Source: Escherichia virus TH47. Taken from it: DNA of 64,000 nt. Below are positions 23,815 to 34,664 of the stretch, one piece after another. The position numbers were made by a program, and so were the translations under genes. The notes beneath the pieces were generated by a model. The model was not told the DNA's origin and searched no databases. It worked only from the letters and a program-made list of their open reading frames with translations. How positions within the stretch are numbered: the stretch's first letter is position 1; every line of letters begins with the position of its first letter. Location of the stretch: the sequence record MT446416.1; one strand, 5' to 3'.

Positions 23815-25375
23815 AATTACTCTTCTTCACCAGATGGTGTACCACGCAGTTTATCAAAATCAACCCAAATACCATGCTGGTTTTTGAAGCGACATTTCTC
23901 ATAGTACCAGCTATAGTCGGTTTCAACACCCTGAGAAATTGAACGAACACTACAGTCATACATATTGTATAAATGTGTACGTACAATGAATGTTCCTATA
24001 AGAAGAACAAACACAACAATCCCAGTACAGATCTTTGGATGATCCATAATTAGGTCCAACACAGAACTGGTTTCAGTACTATCAATTTTACTACGACCGA
24101 TAGCAACAACTTTCAGTACTGCTAATGATACCAGTAATGAAATAACAAGAACACTCAAATAAATTAGCATATTTAGACTCCTACCCCAAAACGTAAAAGG
24201 ATGTTATTAACAAACACAAAATCAAATGGAGACTTTGGTTCAGATACCGAGTACTGAAAAGTTTCAGTGGCAAAATTTTCCCTATTATGCCATGTTGATG
24301 AATCGATTAGTAATTGTTTATCACCAATTGACGTTGAATGTAATGGGACGTGTGCTGATGAATTTATAGAATACGCATTTAGTTTTCCTTGTTCATCAAA
24401 TGTAACACAAAGGTAATATCTCTTCTTAACATCAGGATAACGCTCTTTAATATACGAATATATTGATTCATTCAAATCATCATCATCCCTTGTCTTAGCA
24501 CCGAGAACTTGAGCAAAAGACAAACTACGTTTCGGTTGGATCGTTCCTGGTCTTTTTAGAATGAATTCTTTTGTTAAGTAAAAGTTATTGTGTTTTACCT
24601 CAATATTAACAGTTTTAAAGTTTGTGATTTTATCATATACGTTCCTAAAAACTGTTATATCCCATGAACTAATTTCTTGCATCGTTACCGTAACTAGTTC
24701 TTCTAGTTCTTGGATAAATGGCAAATCGTCTTGATCAAATCTAATCACAGTTTTCATATACCTTTTTTAAATTCATAATTTCAAGAAGACTATATTCTTT
24801 TTCACTAATCAAATCTTCAGTGAGTGCTTCTGGTTCGGTGTTACAATACAACTTCCCATTAATGATAACATAACCATTGCTAAGATACAACGCACTCATT
24901 ATCTGTTGTCCTTCTTTTGCATTGACTGCTATACCAGCATTTGTTACAACAAGCCCATTGTTTGCAAATGCTGATGTTAGTTCTGACCATTCAACTGATA
25001 TTAAATCACGATAGTCTTTTGATACTTTTATATTAACAATACAAGCAACTCTTGTAATAGATGGAGTACTAATCGTATACATCTGTGGGTGTTGGTAGTT
25101 TGAGTTATATGTTTGTGGTGTATTAACAGCAGTTCCTGAATTCGGAGTTGTTGGCATAATTACTTGATCCATATTTGGAACAGCCGTTCTTAGTGATGCA
25201 ATACGCCCAGTTTCATCCAATTTCAAAACTAAACGATGAGTTTTATCCTCAGAGTGATACGGGAATAGACCACCGGAATTCATATTTTGAAGCATTTTAA
25301 TTAATTCATAAGTATTTTTTAAAAACATAATAAATCCTATAGAAAATGAGAGTACAATGTACTCCCAGATTTAGA

Positions 25376-25930
25376 TTATAGTTTAATTACTTCTTGGATA
25401 CCAGTATCCATTGCTTTCTTAGTGCGTGTATCAGAAACTACTGTACATAAATGTTCAATATTTTCACTTGGGAATGTGTTAGTATCAAGAATTTTGGAGT
25501 TCCAGAAACCTTTACGGAACTTAGCATAATCAGTACACTGGTCAATTTTCATTTTCTGAAGATTGTTGAACTGTGTACGTCCTGACTCGATAGTTACCAT
25601 AAGTTCTTGATAAATCTTAGGATCGAGATTAGGAACCTGTTGTTGAATCTGTGACATCACAAACTTCTGGTCAACACCTTCACGACCTTTAAAGTATGTT
25701 TCGATGGTTTCTTTCAATGCATCCTTATACTTATCAGAAACTTGTACTTTTTCTTGAATGACAAGAGTGTATTTACTTAGTTGGCTTTCTGATGCATCAT
25801 AGTACTTTTTAATATTACCTTCAAATTCAACAGCACGGTCATGTGCATCTACATACATACTAACTGAACCAATTGCCATAAGACCGAATACAACAACAAC
25901 ACCAATCAATGCAATAATTTTACCATTCAT
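25376..25930 (-). CDS. membrane-anchored protein, possibly LemA-like
   Basis: 184 aa; N-terminal TM helix; C-terminal R..FN...F...FW...FP pattern resembles LemA; weak. Confidence 0.35.
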   Translation of the reverse strand: MNGKIIALIGVVVVFGLMAIGSVSMYVDAHDRAVEFEGNIKKYYDASESQLSKYTLVIQEKVQVSDKYKDALKETIETYFKGREGVDQKFVMSQIQQQVPNLDPKIYQELMVTIESGRTQFNNLQKMKIDQCTDYAKFRKGFWNSKILDTNTFPSENIEHLCTVVSDTRTKKAMDTGIQEVIKL

Positions 25931-27021
25931 AACTTGTTATCCCTCATATAAAGGCCAATGAAAATAGATACAATCAGTAACAAAATAGAAGCACCGATGA
26001 GAACATCTTTACGTGGTTCCATTTTTACAGACAAGTACTCGAACTCTTTGTTAGAGAGTCTTTCAAACTTTGTGTCAATATTATGCACTTCTTTGGTCAG
26101 TAAGTCAAGAGTTAATTTTTCATTTAATGCATCCATTCGCATCTTAGCATGTAGTTCTTCATTCTTCATACCTTGTGCAAATGATGTGCTATCAAATTTA
26201 ACGATCTTCCCATCAGCATCAATACCAAAGAACATGATAACATCATTCTTCTTACCACCACGCCACGATGCGAGTGTTGCTTCCACAAAATCTACGTTTT
26301 TATAATCATAAACCAAAACTTGGATGTTTACTTGTTTACGTGCACCCATAGTTTTTAGTTCTTCACGCAGATACTCATCATAACCATCTACATTATAATT
26401 AGTAGTGTTGATTACATGGTGTGTTTTATAATAGTCTACCACACTTGGGTATTCTGGTAAAGTACTAAGATATTTCTCATCATACATTTCATGTAATTCA
26501 CCAGGACTAAACAATGAGTTTTTATCAGCGAACAGATAGTTAATATAAGAACTTTCTGCGGCGGCATAATCCCCAATGTTAACCTGTTGCCAGCGGGGAG
26601 GGGTCATTGTACCCTGGCGGTTTACTCGCTCAATCTCAAACTTCCCTACAGTACTTTTTACATACCAGTCAACTTCGTATGAATAATCAAATACCTTATA
26701 GGACTCACATTCACGATGGGATTTCCCCTTACTATCATAACGAGTTCTGCATTTCTCGTGCCACGTGTAATGCTTACATGAGCTTGATTGTGTACAAAAC
26801 TCCTTGTGATTATATTTGGATGTTACCTGCCCATTTAGAATCTCTACATCGTACAATTGGCTGTAGTTGATTGCATATGAGATACCAAGCACAAGAGCAG
26901 CACCAACTATACAACAACCAATATGAATCAACAGTTCTTTAGTACTGATATGCTTATCATACATGTATTTCATAACAAATACAACGATAAGTGAAGGAAT
27001 CAACAGAATAATAAAATTCAT
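25927..27021 (-). CDS. hypothetical membrane protein (TM helices at both ends)
   Basis: 364 aa; hydrophobic N-terminal ~50 aa and C-terminal ~20 aa, Cys-rich central region; start overlaps stop of 25376-25930 gene. Confidence 0.4.
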   Translation of the reverse strand: MNFIILLIPSLIVVFVMKYMYDKHISTKELLIHIGCCIVGAALVLGISYAINYSQLYDVEILNGQVTSKYNHKEFCTQSSSCKHYTWHEKCRTRYDSKGKSHRECESYKVFDYSYEVDWYVKSTVGKFEIERVNRQGTMTPPRWQQVNIGDYAAAESSYINYLFADKNSLFSPGELHEMYDEKYLSTLPEYPSVVDYYKTHHVINTTNYNVDGYDEYLREELKTMGARKQVNIQVLVYDYKNVDFVEATLASWRGGKKNDVIMFFGIDADGKIVKFDSTSFAQGMKNEELHAKMRMDALNEKLTLDLLTKEVHNIDTKFERLSNKEFEYLSVKMEPRKDVLIGASILLLIVSIFIGLYMRDNKL

Positions 27022-27024
27022 GTA

Positions 27025-27714
27025 TTAGTCCAGTTTAAGTTTATTGAGACAATAGGAGATTTGGATAGCTTCACGTGCTGCATCATACAGAGGGTGATGT
27101 AATTCCAAACCATTAATACCACATTTTTCTACATACTTCACGAATTTAGCTAACTGCACTGACACAATCTCATCCATTTCGGTGCGAGCTTCTTCATTCA
27201 ATAAACGCTTCAGGGTTCGTGCGTTTTCAGGAGCATCATATTTCCACAAATCACCAACATTCAATAGTTTTAAGTGATTAGCTTGTAAAATACTACAGTC
27301 GAAGTTGCAGCCATTTCCCCAAATTGAATGTTCAACCTCTTTACCATAACAATCAAAACGGATATCTTTCCAGAAATCGACAATAGCATTAGAAGTAAAG
27401 ATTTGTTTGGATTTACCATTAGGACCGTACAATTCTGGTGCAACAAGTGCCATAGTACTGGCAACTTCAGCATATGCATTAGGATATTCCTTCTGACATG
27501 TATTCATCCAGAAATCCATTGCACCTGCATCTGATTTCAGCCCAGCGTTGACTTGTGCTTGGTATGGTAACTTAACATATACAAATTGTCTGATATCATG
27601 TTCAGGTTTACTTGGAACAACTACTGCTGCATAATTTGGAATAATAATATCATAACCAGAGTTTTCAGGAGTACCGAGAGCTTCGATATCAACACTAACA
27701 TGACGGCGTTTCAT
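27025..27714 (-). CDS. dexA: DnaQ-like 3'-5' exonuclease (T4 DexA-like)
   Basis: 229 aa; Exo I-like VDIEALGT (D-x-E) and Exo III-like HHPLYDA; size matches T4 DexA. Confidence 0.55.
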   Translation of the reverse strand: MKRRHVSVDIEALGTPENSGYDIIIPNYAAVVVPSKPEHDIRQFVYVKLPYQAQVNAGLKSDAGAMDFWMNTCQKEYPNAYAEVASTMALVAPELYGPNGKSKQIFTSNAIVDFWKDIRFDCYGKEVEHSIWGNGCNFDCSILQANHLKLLNVGDLWKYDAPENARTLKRLLNEEARTEMDEIVSVQLAKFVKYVEKCGINGLELHHPLYDAAREAIQISYCLNKLKLD

Positions 27715-27795
27715 ATTTCGTTCCTTATCTGTATATTAAAAAAGAGTGCGTTTCAATAAGAACATTATATTGAAAACGCACTCTTGTGTCAACTA

Positions 27796-28938
27796 TTACT
27801 TGTTAGCTTTTTCAGCAATTTCACGAAGAGTATCTTCGAGTTCATGAGAGAGTTTTGCGATTTCAATCTTAGCACGCTCACGCTCTTCTTTACCTTTCTT
27901 CTCTTCAATCAGTACTGCTTCGATACTATCGATCATTGTTTTATGTACATTACGCAATGTTTTAATATCCACGATACCACGATTATTTGCTTTAGCAGCA
28001 TCCAACATGTTAGTTGCTACCATTTTAGAGTTTACTTCGAGTAAACGGTTAGTTTCATTGTCAATCAGATTACCCAACTCATTGTCTTTACGTTGACGTT
28101 CGGAAATCAACTGTTCAGCCAATTGTGATTTCCATGCTGGAATAACAACTGATTTCAAATCCTCAAACTTAGAAACAGTGTTGAGGTTTACTTTCTTCAT
28201 ACTCATCAGGCGAGGACCACTCAGTTCACACATCATGATAAGACGACGAATCTTATCTTCCTGCTTAGAAAGAGCTTCACAAATCATCTTTTGCTCCTGG
28301 ATTGCAAAAGAATCAACGTCAGGGTTCGCTTGCATTGCTACCAATTCAGCATCTTGTGCTTTGGTAACTTCTTCCAACTCAACTAACGTATCACGCAGTT
28401 CAAAGAGATAGTTTTTGTTTTCGTTGTAAGCAGTGTCTAGCCATGCACATTCCCCATGCTGGCGGTTAATACCAACCTGAAGAGTGTTCATGATTTCATC
28501 AATTTGTTCTTTACTGTTTTTGTACTGATCGCCAACTTTCTGTTTAGCATTAACAAAGAGTTTTTTGACCCAGCCTACGATTGATTTATCATCCTGTAGA
28601 CTATCAATATCAACTGCACGTGTCAATGTCAAGATAGTAGTAATAGACTTACCGAATTCGGTATTATCATCAGTGACGTTAACTTTTGACATGATTTCAT
28701 CAGCCAAACGTCCTACACCTGCCCCAGCAGTGGTTCCGATGGTATTAATATTCTGCACAGTTAAAGCCATACTGTTACCTTTGGTATCTTTCAGTACTGG
28801 AAGTGACTTGGACTGTTGTTCGAAGATATCAGTTGCGTCAATTGTGTGTGCTGCTGTTTTGGTAGTACGTTTGGCAGTTTTGGTTGCTTTGGCTTGTTTA
28901 ACTGTTGCTTTTTTCGGATTGATTTCTTTCTCGGACAT
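27796..28938 (-). CDS. hypothetical coiled-coil protein
   Basis: ORF to 29013 uses TTG in track; likely ATG start at 28938 preceded by GAGGA; helical with charged C-terminus. Confidence 0.4.
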   Translation of the reverse strand: MSEKEINPKKATVKQAKATKTAKRTTKTAAHTIDATDIFEQQSKSLPVLKDTKGNSMALTVQNINTIGTTAGAGVGRLADEIMSKVNVTDDNTEFGKSITTILTLTRAVDIDSLQDDKSIVGWVKKLFVNAKQKVGDQYKNSKEQIDEIMNTLQVGINRQHGECAWLDTAYNENKNYLFELRDTLVELEEVTKAQDAELVAMQANPDVDSFAIQEQKMICEALSKQEDKIRRLIMMCELSGPRLMSMKKVNLNTVSKFEDLKSVVIPAWKSQLAEQLISERQRKDNELGNLIDNETNRLLEVNSKMVATNMLDAAKANNRGIVDIKTLRNVHKTMIDSIEAVLIEEKKGKEERERAKIEIAKLSHELEDTLREIAEKANK

Positions 28939-29020
28939 TGTGTATTCCTCAGTTAATTTAAGATAGTGTTGCTCAGTGATAAACATTCTACAGGCAACAC
29001 TCAGTACTGTCAACTACTTT

Positions 29021-30148
29021 TTACTCTTTATTTCCATACGCCAGGTTACGAATGATATTGGCAGTATCTTCATCAACTGCTTTACCAGTTTGAGCTTGCA
29101 AACGGCCTATGATCAATGGGATAGTGATAGTTTGAATATCAATCATTCGGCTCATATCAATCTGATACTGCTTACTAACACCAACAATACTAGTTTCAGT
29201 CATTGCTGTTGAAATCCCCATTTTCATAATACGTTCAAGCGTCAGTTCATATTCAAATGGATCTTCCAAACGACGAATTGCATATTCACACCCAATCTTA
29301 CCATACTCAAGTTCATTTTTGATTTCACGAACTTCATCACGAATTTCAGTGAATAAAGTCGTAATACCACTAAACTTATTCGTATCGTACTTCACTGCTT
29401 CATTCAATGCTTTCATTACTTTTGGTAAATCAGTTGGCTGTACTTTGATATCAGCTTTCCCAAACAACTTCTGTGTAAATGTAGGCTTCAAAGGGAATAA
29501 CTTTTCCAGTGCTGTTGTAAGGTTACCCATTAATAAACGGATATAATCACTATGCTGCTGTAATGCTGCGTTTAAATCCAACTGACGCTCGGAGATCTTC
29601 TGAATCTTCACACCAACTTCTTGTGCACATACTGGTAGGTTTACATACCAATCCAGAACCTTCACCGGATCTTTTTTAATTGTATCTGGAAAATCCATCC
29701 AACGTTCAATGTCAGCAACCATATCACATTCAGGGTCGATAGGTTTCTTCTTAAGAACAATCGGAGCCGGAACTTCTGGTGAAGTAGCTACTGCTGCCAT
29801 GTTTGGACGAAGTTTACCTTCCTTCCAGTCTCGGTACTCCTTCTCTAACGGAGGAATTGGGAGATCTGGAACGATTCTCACATTTGAGAAATGAATTTTA
29901 TCTTTCATTAAATCCATTACCTTCAAACGGCGATTATCAAAATAGATCTCGTCAAGTGAAAGTGAACGTGTGTCGAAATGTGGATTTCCCAGTGAATCGT
30001 ATGTTCTGTCCACAACAATGGTATACATATATTTTCGATTCGATGAACGGTCATACTGTTTTAACAGTGAGTTAAGAACGTAGTTGAAGTTAAATTCTTT
30101 GATTTCGACTTCTTTACCGTTGTCAATGAAAAAATATTTTCCTTTCAT
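29021..30148 (-). CDS. hypothetical protein
   Basis: 375-aa ORF. Confidence 0.4.
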   Translation of the reverse strand: MKGKYFFIDNGKEVEIKEFNFNYVLNSLLKQYDRSSNRKYMYTIVVDRTYDSLGNPHFDTRSLSLDEIYFDNRRLKVMDLMKDKIHFSNVRIVPDLPIPPLEKEYRDWKEGKLRPNMAAVATSPEVPAPIVLKKKPIDPECDMVADIERWMDFPDTIKKDPVKVLDWYVNLPVCAQEVGVKIQKISERQLDLNAALQQHSDYIRLLMGNLTTALEKLFPLKPTFTQKLFGKADIKVQPTDLPKVMKALNEAVKYDTNKFSGITTLFTEIRDEVREIKNELEYGKIGCEYAIRRLEDPFEYELTLERIMKMGISTAMTETSIVGVSKQYQIDMSRMIDIQTITIPLIIGRLQAQTGKAVDEDTANIIRNLAYGNKE

Positions 30149-30247
30149 TACTGACCTCTTAATTAATTAAAATTGATACGATACGTACATTCTACATACA
30201 CACGATGTATTTGTCAAACCATTTTTTAAAAGAAAAAAGGACGCACC

Positions 30248-31066
30248 TTAGTGCATCCTTTTGTTACTCTTGTCCTTGTACCACACAAATGTTTTTACTG
30301 GTGGGTACTTTTCATTCTTCGGTGGCTCCGGCATATCATACACAGTTGCATTTCTGAATTTCAAAATGTATGAATCCATTAAACGAATTATACAATAGTT
30401 CATGCACTTTTGTGCACGTTCTTTCCAAAAATGTTTATATGGTTCTGGACACCCAAGATAATCCAATTTGTACATACCCATAGCAGCTTGCATAAAGCGT
30501 TGGGCAGAGAACTTACGCTTGTCTACCTTACTAGCTCGATGCTGGTCACATGTCCAACTAGAGATACCAGGGAGATGACAGAATAAATCAAAACTCACCA
30601 TACTATCAAAGTACTTGTTATGACCGTTCAACTCTCCATAAAATACCGCTTCGGAAACAGTTTCATATAGTGAGTAATTTGTATGTATATGTTCATTGTC
30701 AAATATAGCTTTTAGATCTTTGTAAGTTTCTGGTACTGGTGGCTCTGGTAAAACTTCACCGAACGTCTCTAAGCACCAAATCTTCCACAAGCCTTTCGTA
30801 AATTTTACTTCAAGTTCTTTATCGCTGTCAATATAAAAAGTTTTCTCATTGATAAAAACTTTTCGTGCCATGTATGCTTTGAATACCGCATCAGGGTCGA
30901 TATCTTCACGTTTGATATCGTCCCATCCTTTACCGATTCGAGAAATTTCGAATCGTCTCATATACATCCTACATGCCAAATCTTTAGTTGTACTACGATG
31001 ATACTTGTCGTCTTGATGAAGTTTGGTAGTCTCATGGAGAGATTTAAGCATGTTTAAAATTCTCAT
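30248..31066 (-). CDS. hypothetical protein
   Basis: 272-aa ORF. Confidence 0.35.
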   Translation of the reverse strand: MRILNMLKSLHETTKLHQDDKYHRSTTKDLACRMYMRRFEISRIGKGWDDIKREDIDPDAVFKAYMARKVFINEKTFYIDSDKELEVKFTKGLWKIWCLETFGEVLPEPPVPETYKDLKAIFDNEHIHTNYSLYETVSEAVFYGELNGHNKYFDSMVSFDLFCHLPGISSWTCDQHRASKVDKRKFSAQRFMQAAMGMYKLDYLGCPEPYKHFWKERAQKCMNYCIIRLMDSYILKFRNATVYDMPEPPKNEKYPPVKTFVWYKDKSNKRMH

Positions 31067-31743
31067 CGTAACACCAAATACTTCCCATCTTTACCTACTA
31101 CATACTGATTACCGCTACGTAGGACGCTATAACTTTCACCTAGTACCGAACTTAAGCGAGATGTATCTACCTGCGTATCGTTCGATAGAAGCTGTTTTAC
31201 GTATGCTTCTGACACAAATCCACTACCAGTACTGTAATGTAGTTTACCATATGCAGTGTTTAGTGCAAGCATGTGACCTTCTTTAACAACAGATACACCA
31301 GCAAAGTCTAAAAATTCACTGATGGATTTAGGAATACCCAAATCGATACGTTGTTGAATTTCATCAAAATCAACATCAATCGGATCATTCACACCATAAA
31401 GCTGAATCTTCCAGCCAGGATTTGGGCAAATGTTTTCAATAGTTTTGATAAGACGAAGTAGGTTTTCTGGAAATTCCGCATCACGTTCCATTTCAACGAA
31501 TACCTGATAACGACCATCCAGGTTAGGTGTTTCAGCAGCTTCAGTATCAACTGCATCAATTGGAGACTTCTCAATAAAAGATGACAGGTCATATGCAGCA
31601 TCAAAGTTGTTTAGTACTTGAAACATAACAACGATATTACTATCTTCAATCTTAGGAGTATATTCATCTACACTAATAATAGGATGAATCAAATCCTTTA
31701 GTACTTGTGGACGTAAACCTTGTTCATTTAGTTTCTTTTTCAT
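31063..31743 (-). CDS. hypothetical protein
   Basis: 226-aa ORF; does not match T4 gp45. Confidence 0.4.
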   Translation of the reverse strand: MKKKLNEQGLRPQVLKDLIHPIISVDEYTPKIEDSNIVVMFQVLNNFDAAYDLSSFIEKSPIDAVDTEAAETPNLDGRYQVFVEMERDAEFPENLLRLIKTIENICPNPGWKIQLYGVNDPIDVDFDEIQQRIDLGIPKSISEFLDFAGVSVVKEGHMLALNTAYGKLHYSTGSGFVSEAYVKQLLSNDTQVDTSRLSSVLGESYSVLRSGNQYVVGKDGKYLVLR

Positions 31744-32306
31744 TGCATACCACCTTGTTGTACATCATCAGATACTTCTACATCTAAATCAACATCTTCA
31801 CCAGTAATTGGATCATCTGATGGTTCTTGTGCATTCATAGGATTACTATTGAATTCTGAAGCCATTAGTTTGTATTCATCAAAACTTTCAGGGTTAATTA
31901 AGTTTCTGGGAATTTGTACACGAACCAATAGAACTGGAATTCGTTCATTTTTTGGAATGCGAACAGAACCAGATTGCGTAGCCACACTCTTCATATCAGC
32001 TTGGCGGTTAGGTTCTTGAATAGGTGTAATTTCATAATCTGCTTTCACATACACCTTAGTTCCGTGCTTCTCAAGAATTGAGAATGCTGTAGGATCAGGA
32101 AAATTCTCACGATAGTATTTGAACGTCACAGTACACCAGTACTTACTAACAATCGGACCTTCTACAAGTTCACCTTCGATGATACCATGATATGCATACA
32201 AATCATTATCATCAAAATATTTTTCAACAGCCAGAAGTATATCTAGCATACCGCTGTTATCATACAACTGCTGGACTGCATTATCTGTATAATCTAAATC
32301 ATCCAT
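31740..32306 (-). CDS. hypothetical protein with acidic C-terminal tail
   Basis: 188-aa ORF; C-terminus DVDLDVEVSDDVQQGG. Confidence 0.4.
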   Translation of the reverse strand: MDDLDYTDNAVQQLYDNSGMLDILLAVEKYFDDNDLYAYHGIIEGELVEGPIVSKYWCTVTFKYYRENFPDPTAFSILEKHGTKVYVKADYEITPIQEPNRQADMKSVATQSGSVRIPKNERIPVLLVRVQIPRNLINPESFDEYKLMASEFNSNPMNAQEPSDDPITGEDVDLDVEVSDDVQQGGMQ

Positions 32307-32405
32307 GTTTTATATTATCCTTAAAAAACTAGCACATATAATACTATTTACTACTTTTAAAAAACAATAAAAGGGGATTAAATAATCCCCATTGTTTTTA
32401 CTATA

Positions 32406-33032
32406 TTATTGGTAATATTTCGACAGTACTGAATAGATTTTTAAACGTAGTTCATCCCAGTTGTTAACATAGTCATACCCATAACCATTTTTATACATAT
32501 GATTGTGGGACGCTCGCATCATAACTGATGGGATACCCAATTCCATTGATGTTTCAATATTATTGATATAATCATCAATCATCAGTTTTACGTCATATCG
32601 TTCTTTTAATTCTACTAGTGCTTCATGCTTAGATTCATTCATTTCAACAATGATGATTTCATCAAAACATGTCTCACCAAATACATGCATAAGATTAGTA
32701 TTGCGAAGTACCTCGCTATAACCTTTCTTACCACACTTAGTCAGTACTATGAATTTTTCCTTGTAAAAACGATCACGCAGTTCATGCATAATACTTACAG
32801 TGTTAGTTTCTACAGGTTTTAGTAATCCAAACATATACGAACGTTGATTGAATTCAGTAATGATCTCTTGAACTTTTTCTCGTGAAACACCAAACCATTC
32901 AGATAAATCGTATGCGAGTGGGTATGGTGTTGTTGGGTTGATATCATATTGGAGTTTTGCGTATTCTCCTAATGAACCAATGTGATCTAGTAGTACTTCA
33001 TCACAGTCGAATACAATACAACGGTCTTTCAT
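32406..33032 (-). CDS. HAD-superfamily phosphatase, 5'(3')-deoxyribonucleotidase-like
   Basis: 208 aa; N-terminal HAD motif I FDCDEVL (DxDxV). Confidence 0.5.
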   Translation of the reverse strand: MKDRCIVFDCDEVLLDHIGSLGEYAKLQYDINPTTPYPLAYDLSEWFGVSREKVQEIITEFNQRSYMFGLLKPVETNTVSIMHELRDRFYKEKFIVLTKCGKKGYSEVLRNTNLMHVFGETCFDEIIIVEMNESKHEALVELKERYDVKLMIDDYINNIETSMELGIPSVMMRASHNHMYKNGYGYDYVNNWDELRLKIYSVLSKYYQ

Positions 33033-33985
33033 TACATGTTCCCCGAACAGATTAGGTCAATCTCACACAGTAATGCACTGAGATTCATTTCACGGTCAGA
33101 CACAGTAGCTTGTTTAACAACAGCGTCACGAATCTTAACCTTAATTTTCATTAGAGTAATTTCATCAGTACTGAACATTTCTGCATTACGATACAAATAA
33201 GAGAAGAATGCATCCATCTCATCATCAGGAATGTTTTGTACAATCTGCTCACGCATTTGACGAATGTTACCAGCTTTTAGTGCATCAATGATGGCAGTAC
33301 GATACCCAGCAGAGTTTTCAATACTGTCTTCTAGTTTTACAAGTTTACCATCTACTACTGAACTCTGCAATACGTTTAGCGTTTTGCGGAAATCAGGATA
33401 TGAAGCATTGATGTATTTTTGTACTTGTTCAATACTTTCATCAGTACTTAGATCTACTCCTTCTGCCAATAGTACGTTGTAGATGCGTGACATGAATTGT
33501 TCCATATCATGCTTCTCAATGGTGATGACCTGGACACGAGAGATAATAGGTTTCTGAATCTTATGTGGTTCATTACTGGTGAGAATGAAACGAGCATTTT
33601 CATGGTAATCTTCCATGACACGTTTCAAGCTACCCTGTGCTTTGTGGTTCATTTGTTCCATTTCTTCCAGAACAAATACACGATAACGACCAAAACATGA
33701 TAGTTTTGCTGCTGCATCAATTTTGTCACGAACAGCATCGATACCTTCATCTGACATATTCAGTGTTGTTACATCACTAGGGTCAAGGTGTCCGTTAGCT
33801 TCCAGACCATTCAGTAGTACTTTGATTGCTGAAGTTTTGCCTGTCCCTGCTGGTCCAAAAAATCCAATATGTGGGATATCACCAGTACGAATCCATTCTT
33901 CCATCTTCTGACGTAGGGCTTCGTTCTTAGATACATAATCTTCCATAGTTTGTGGGCGGTATTTTTCAGTCCATAATGTAGTCAT
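33032..33985 (-). CDS. 44: clamp loader ATPase subunit (T4 gp44-like, RFC family)
   Basis: 317 aa; EKYRP box, Walker A GPAGTGKT, SRV/SRC-like motif, YPDFRKT matching T4 gp44 FPDFRKT. Confidence 0.8.
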   Translation of the reverse strand: MTTLWTEKYRPQTMEDYVSKNEALRQKMEEWIRTGDIPHIGFFGPAGTGKTSAIKVLLNGLEANGHLDPSDVTTLNMSDEGIDAVRDKIDAAAKLSCFGRYRVFVLEEMEQMNHKAQGSLKRVMEDYHENARFILTSNEPHKIQKPIISRVQVITIEKHDMEQFMSRIYNVLLAEGVDLSTDESIEQVQKYINASYPDFRKTLNVLQSSVVDGKLVKLEDSIENSAGYRTAIIDALKAGNIRQMREQIVQNIPDDEMDAFFSYLYRNAEMFSTDEITLMKIKVKIRDAVVKQATVSDREMNLSALLCEIDLICSGNM

Positions 33986-34337
33986 GTTTTATTTCCTTGT
34001 ATATTAGGTGTTTATGAAATCCAATCTGCATAATCATACAACAATGCAGTGAATAAGTCTTCTGTCATTTCAAGTTGATTAAACAAAAAATTAAATGAGT
34101 TTGCTTTGTTCTTCACTCCCATTGCTTCGGCCTGGGCTGATACGATAAGTAAGTACTTAAACATATCATGAGAAACTTCATATACGTACTTCGTGTTAGT
34201 TCTATCTTCAAACATAAATCGTCCATTTTTAGAAACTAACGTAACGTCAGAAAAACTATATTTTCCATCATCAGTTATCATGTATTTTCATCCAAATAAA
34301 AAGCCCAGATAATATATCCGAGCTTTAGATTTATGTT

Positions 34338-34664
34338 TTAACGACCAAATGTTTGAGCAGAGATGCGTGGATCAGTGTCAGACACCAAACTTACTGCTGC
34401 TGGATAATCCACGAGATTCATTTTAATACCATCAATCTCAATAGTTCTCGACCAACGACCGTGGTCAATTAGAATCCATTGTCCTTCTTTGATATCGGTA
34501 ATGTCTTCACCAACAGAATATACTTTAGCCCAACGGCAACGAATACCACGTATCTTACCATCATCACTTGTCAGTACAATACCACCTGCGGTTTTACGCT
34601 CACCATGTTCTAGTTCAGTTACAATAACTTTACCTTTACAAGCTGTCATTACTTTATTGGTCAT
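34338..34664 (-). CDS. GroES-like co-chaperonin (T4 gp31-like)
   Basis: 108 aa; KGKVIV...ERKTAGGIVL resembles GroES mobile-loop region. Confidence 0.55.
   Translation of the reverse strand: MTNKVMTACKGKVIVTELEHGERKTAGGIVLTSDDGKIRGIRCRWAKVYSVGEDITDIKEGQWILIDHGRWSRTIEIDGIKMNLVDYPAAVSLVSDTDPRISAQTFGR

Noticed and set aside
28565-28966. Plus-strand 133-aa ORF, and similar antisense ORFs at 42279-42704, 33264-33911, 57031-57300, 59609-59863
   Set aside because: Each lies antisense inside a longer minus-strand ORF with better coding features; typical shadow ORFs
27796-29013. TelA-like toxic anion resistance protein assignment for the coiled-coil ORF
   Set aside because: Based only on size and helical character; no TelA motif I could verify
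30248-31066. Possible ThyX (flavin-dependent thymidylate synthase) because of an H-R-x9-S-x-Q-R segment
   Set aside because: Spacing differs from the RHR-x7-S signature and no other ThyX features seen; too weak to call
31063-32306. Possibility that the 226-aa and 188-aa ORFs next to the clamp loader are gp45 sliding clamp and gp62
   Set aside because: Sizes match T4 gp45/gp62 but I could not align the translations to the T4 proteins from memory; left as hypothetical
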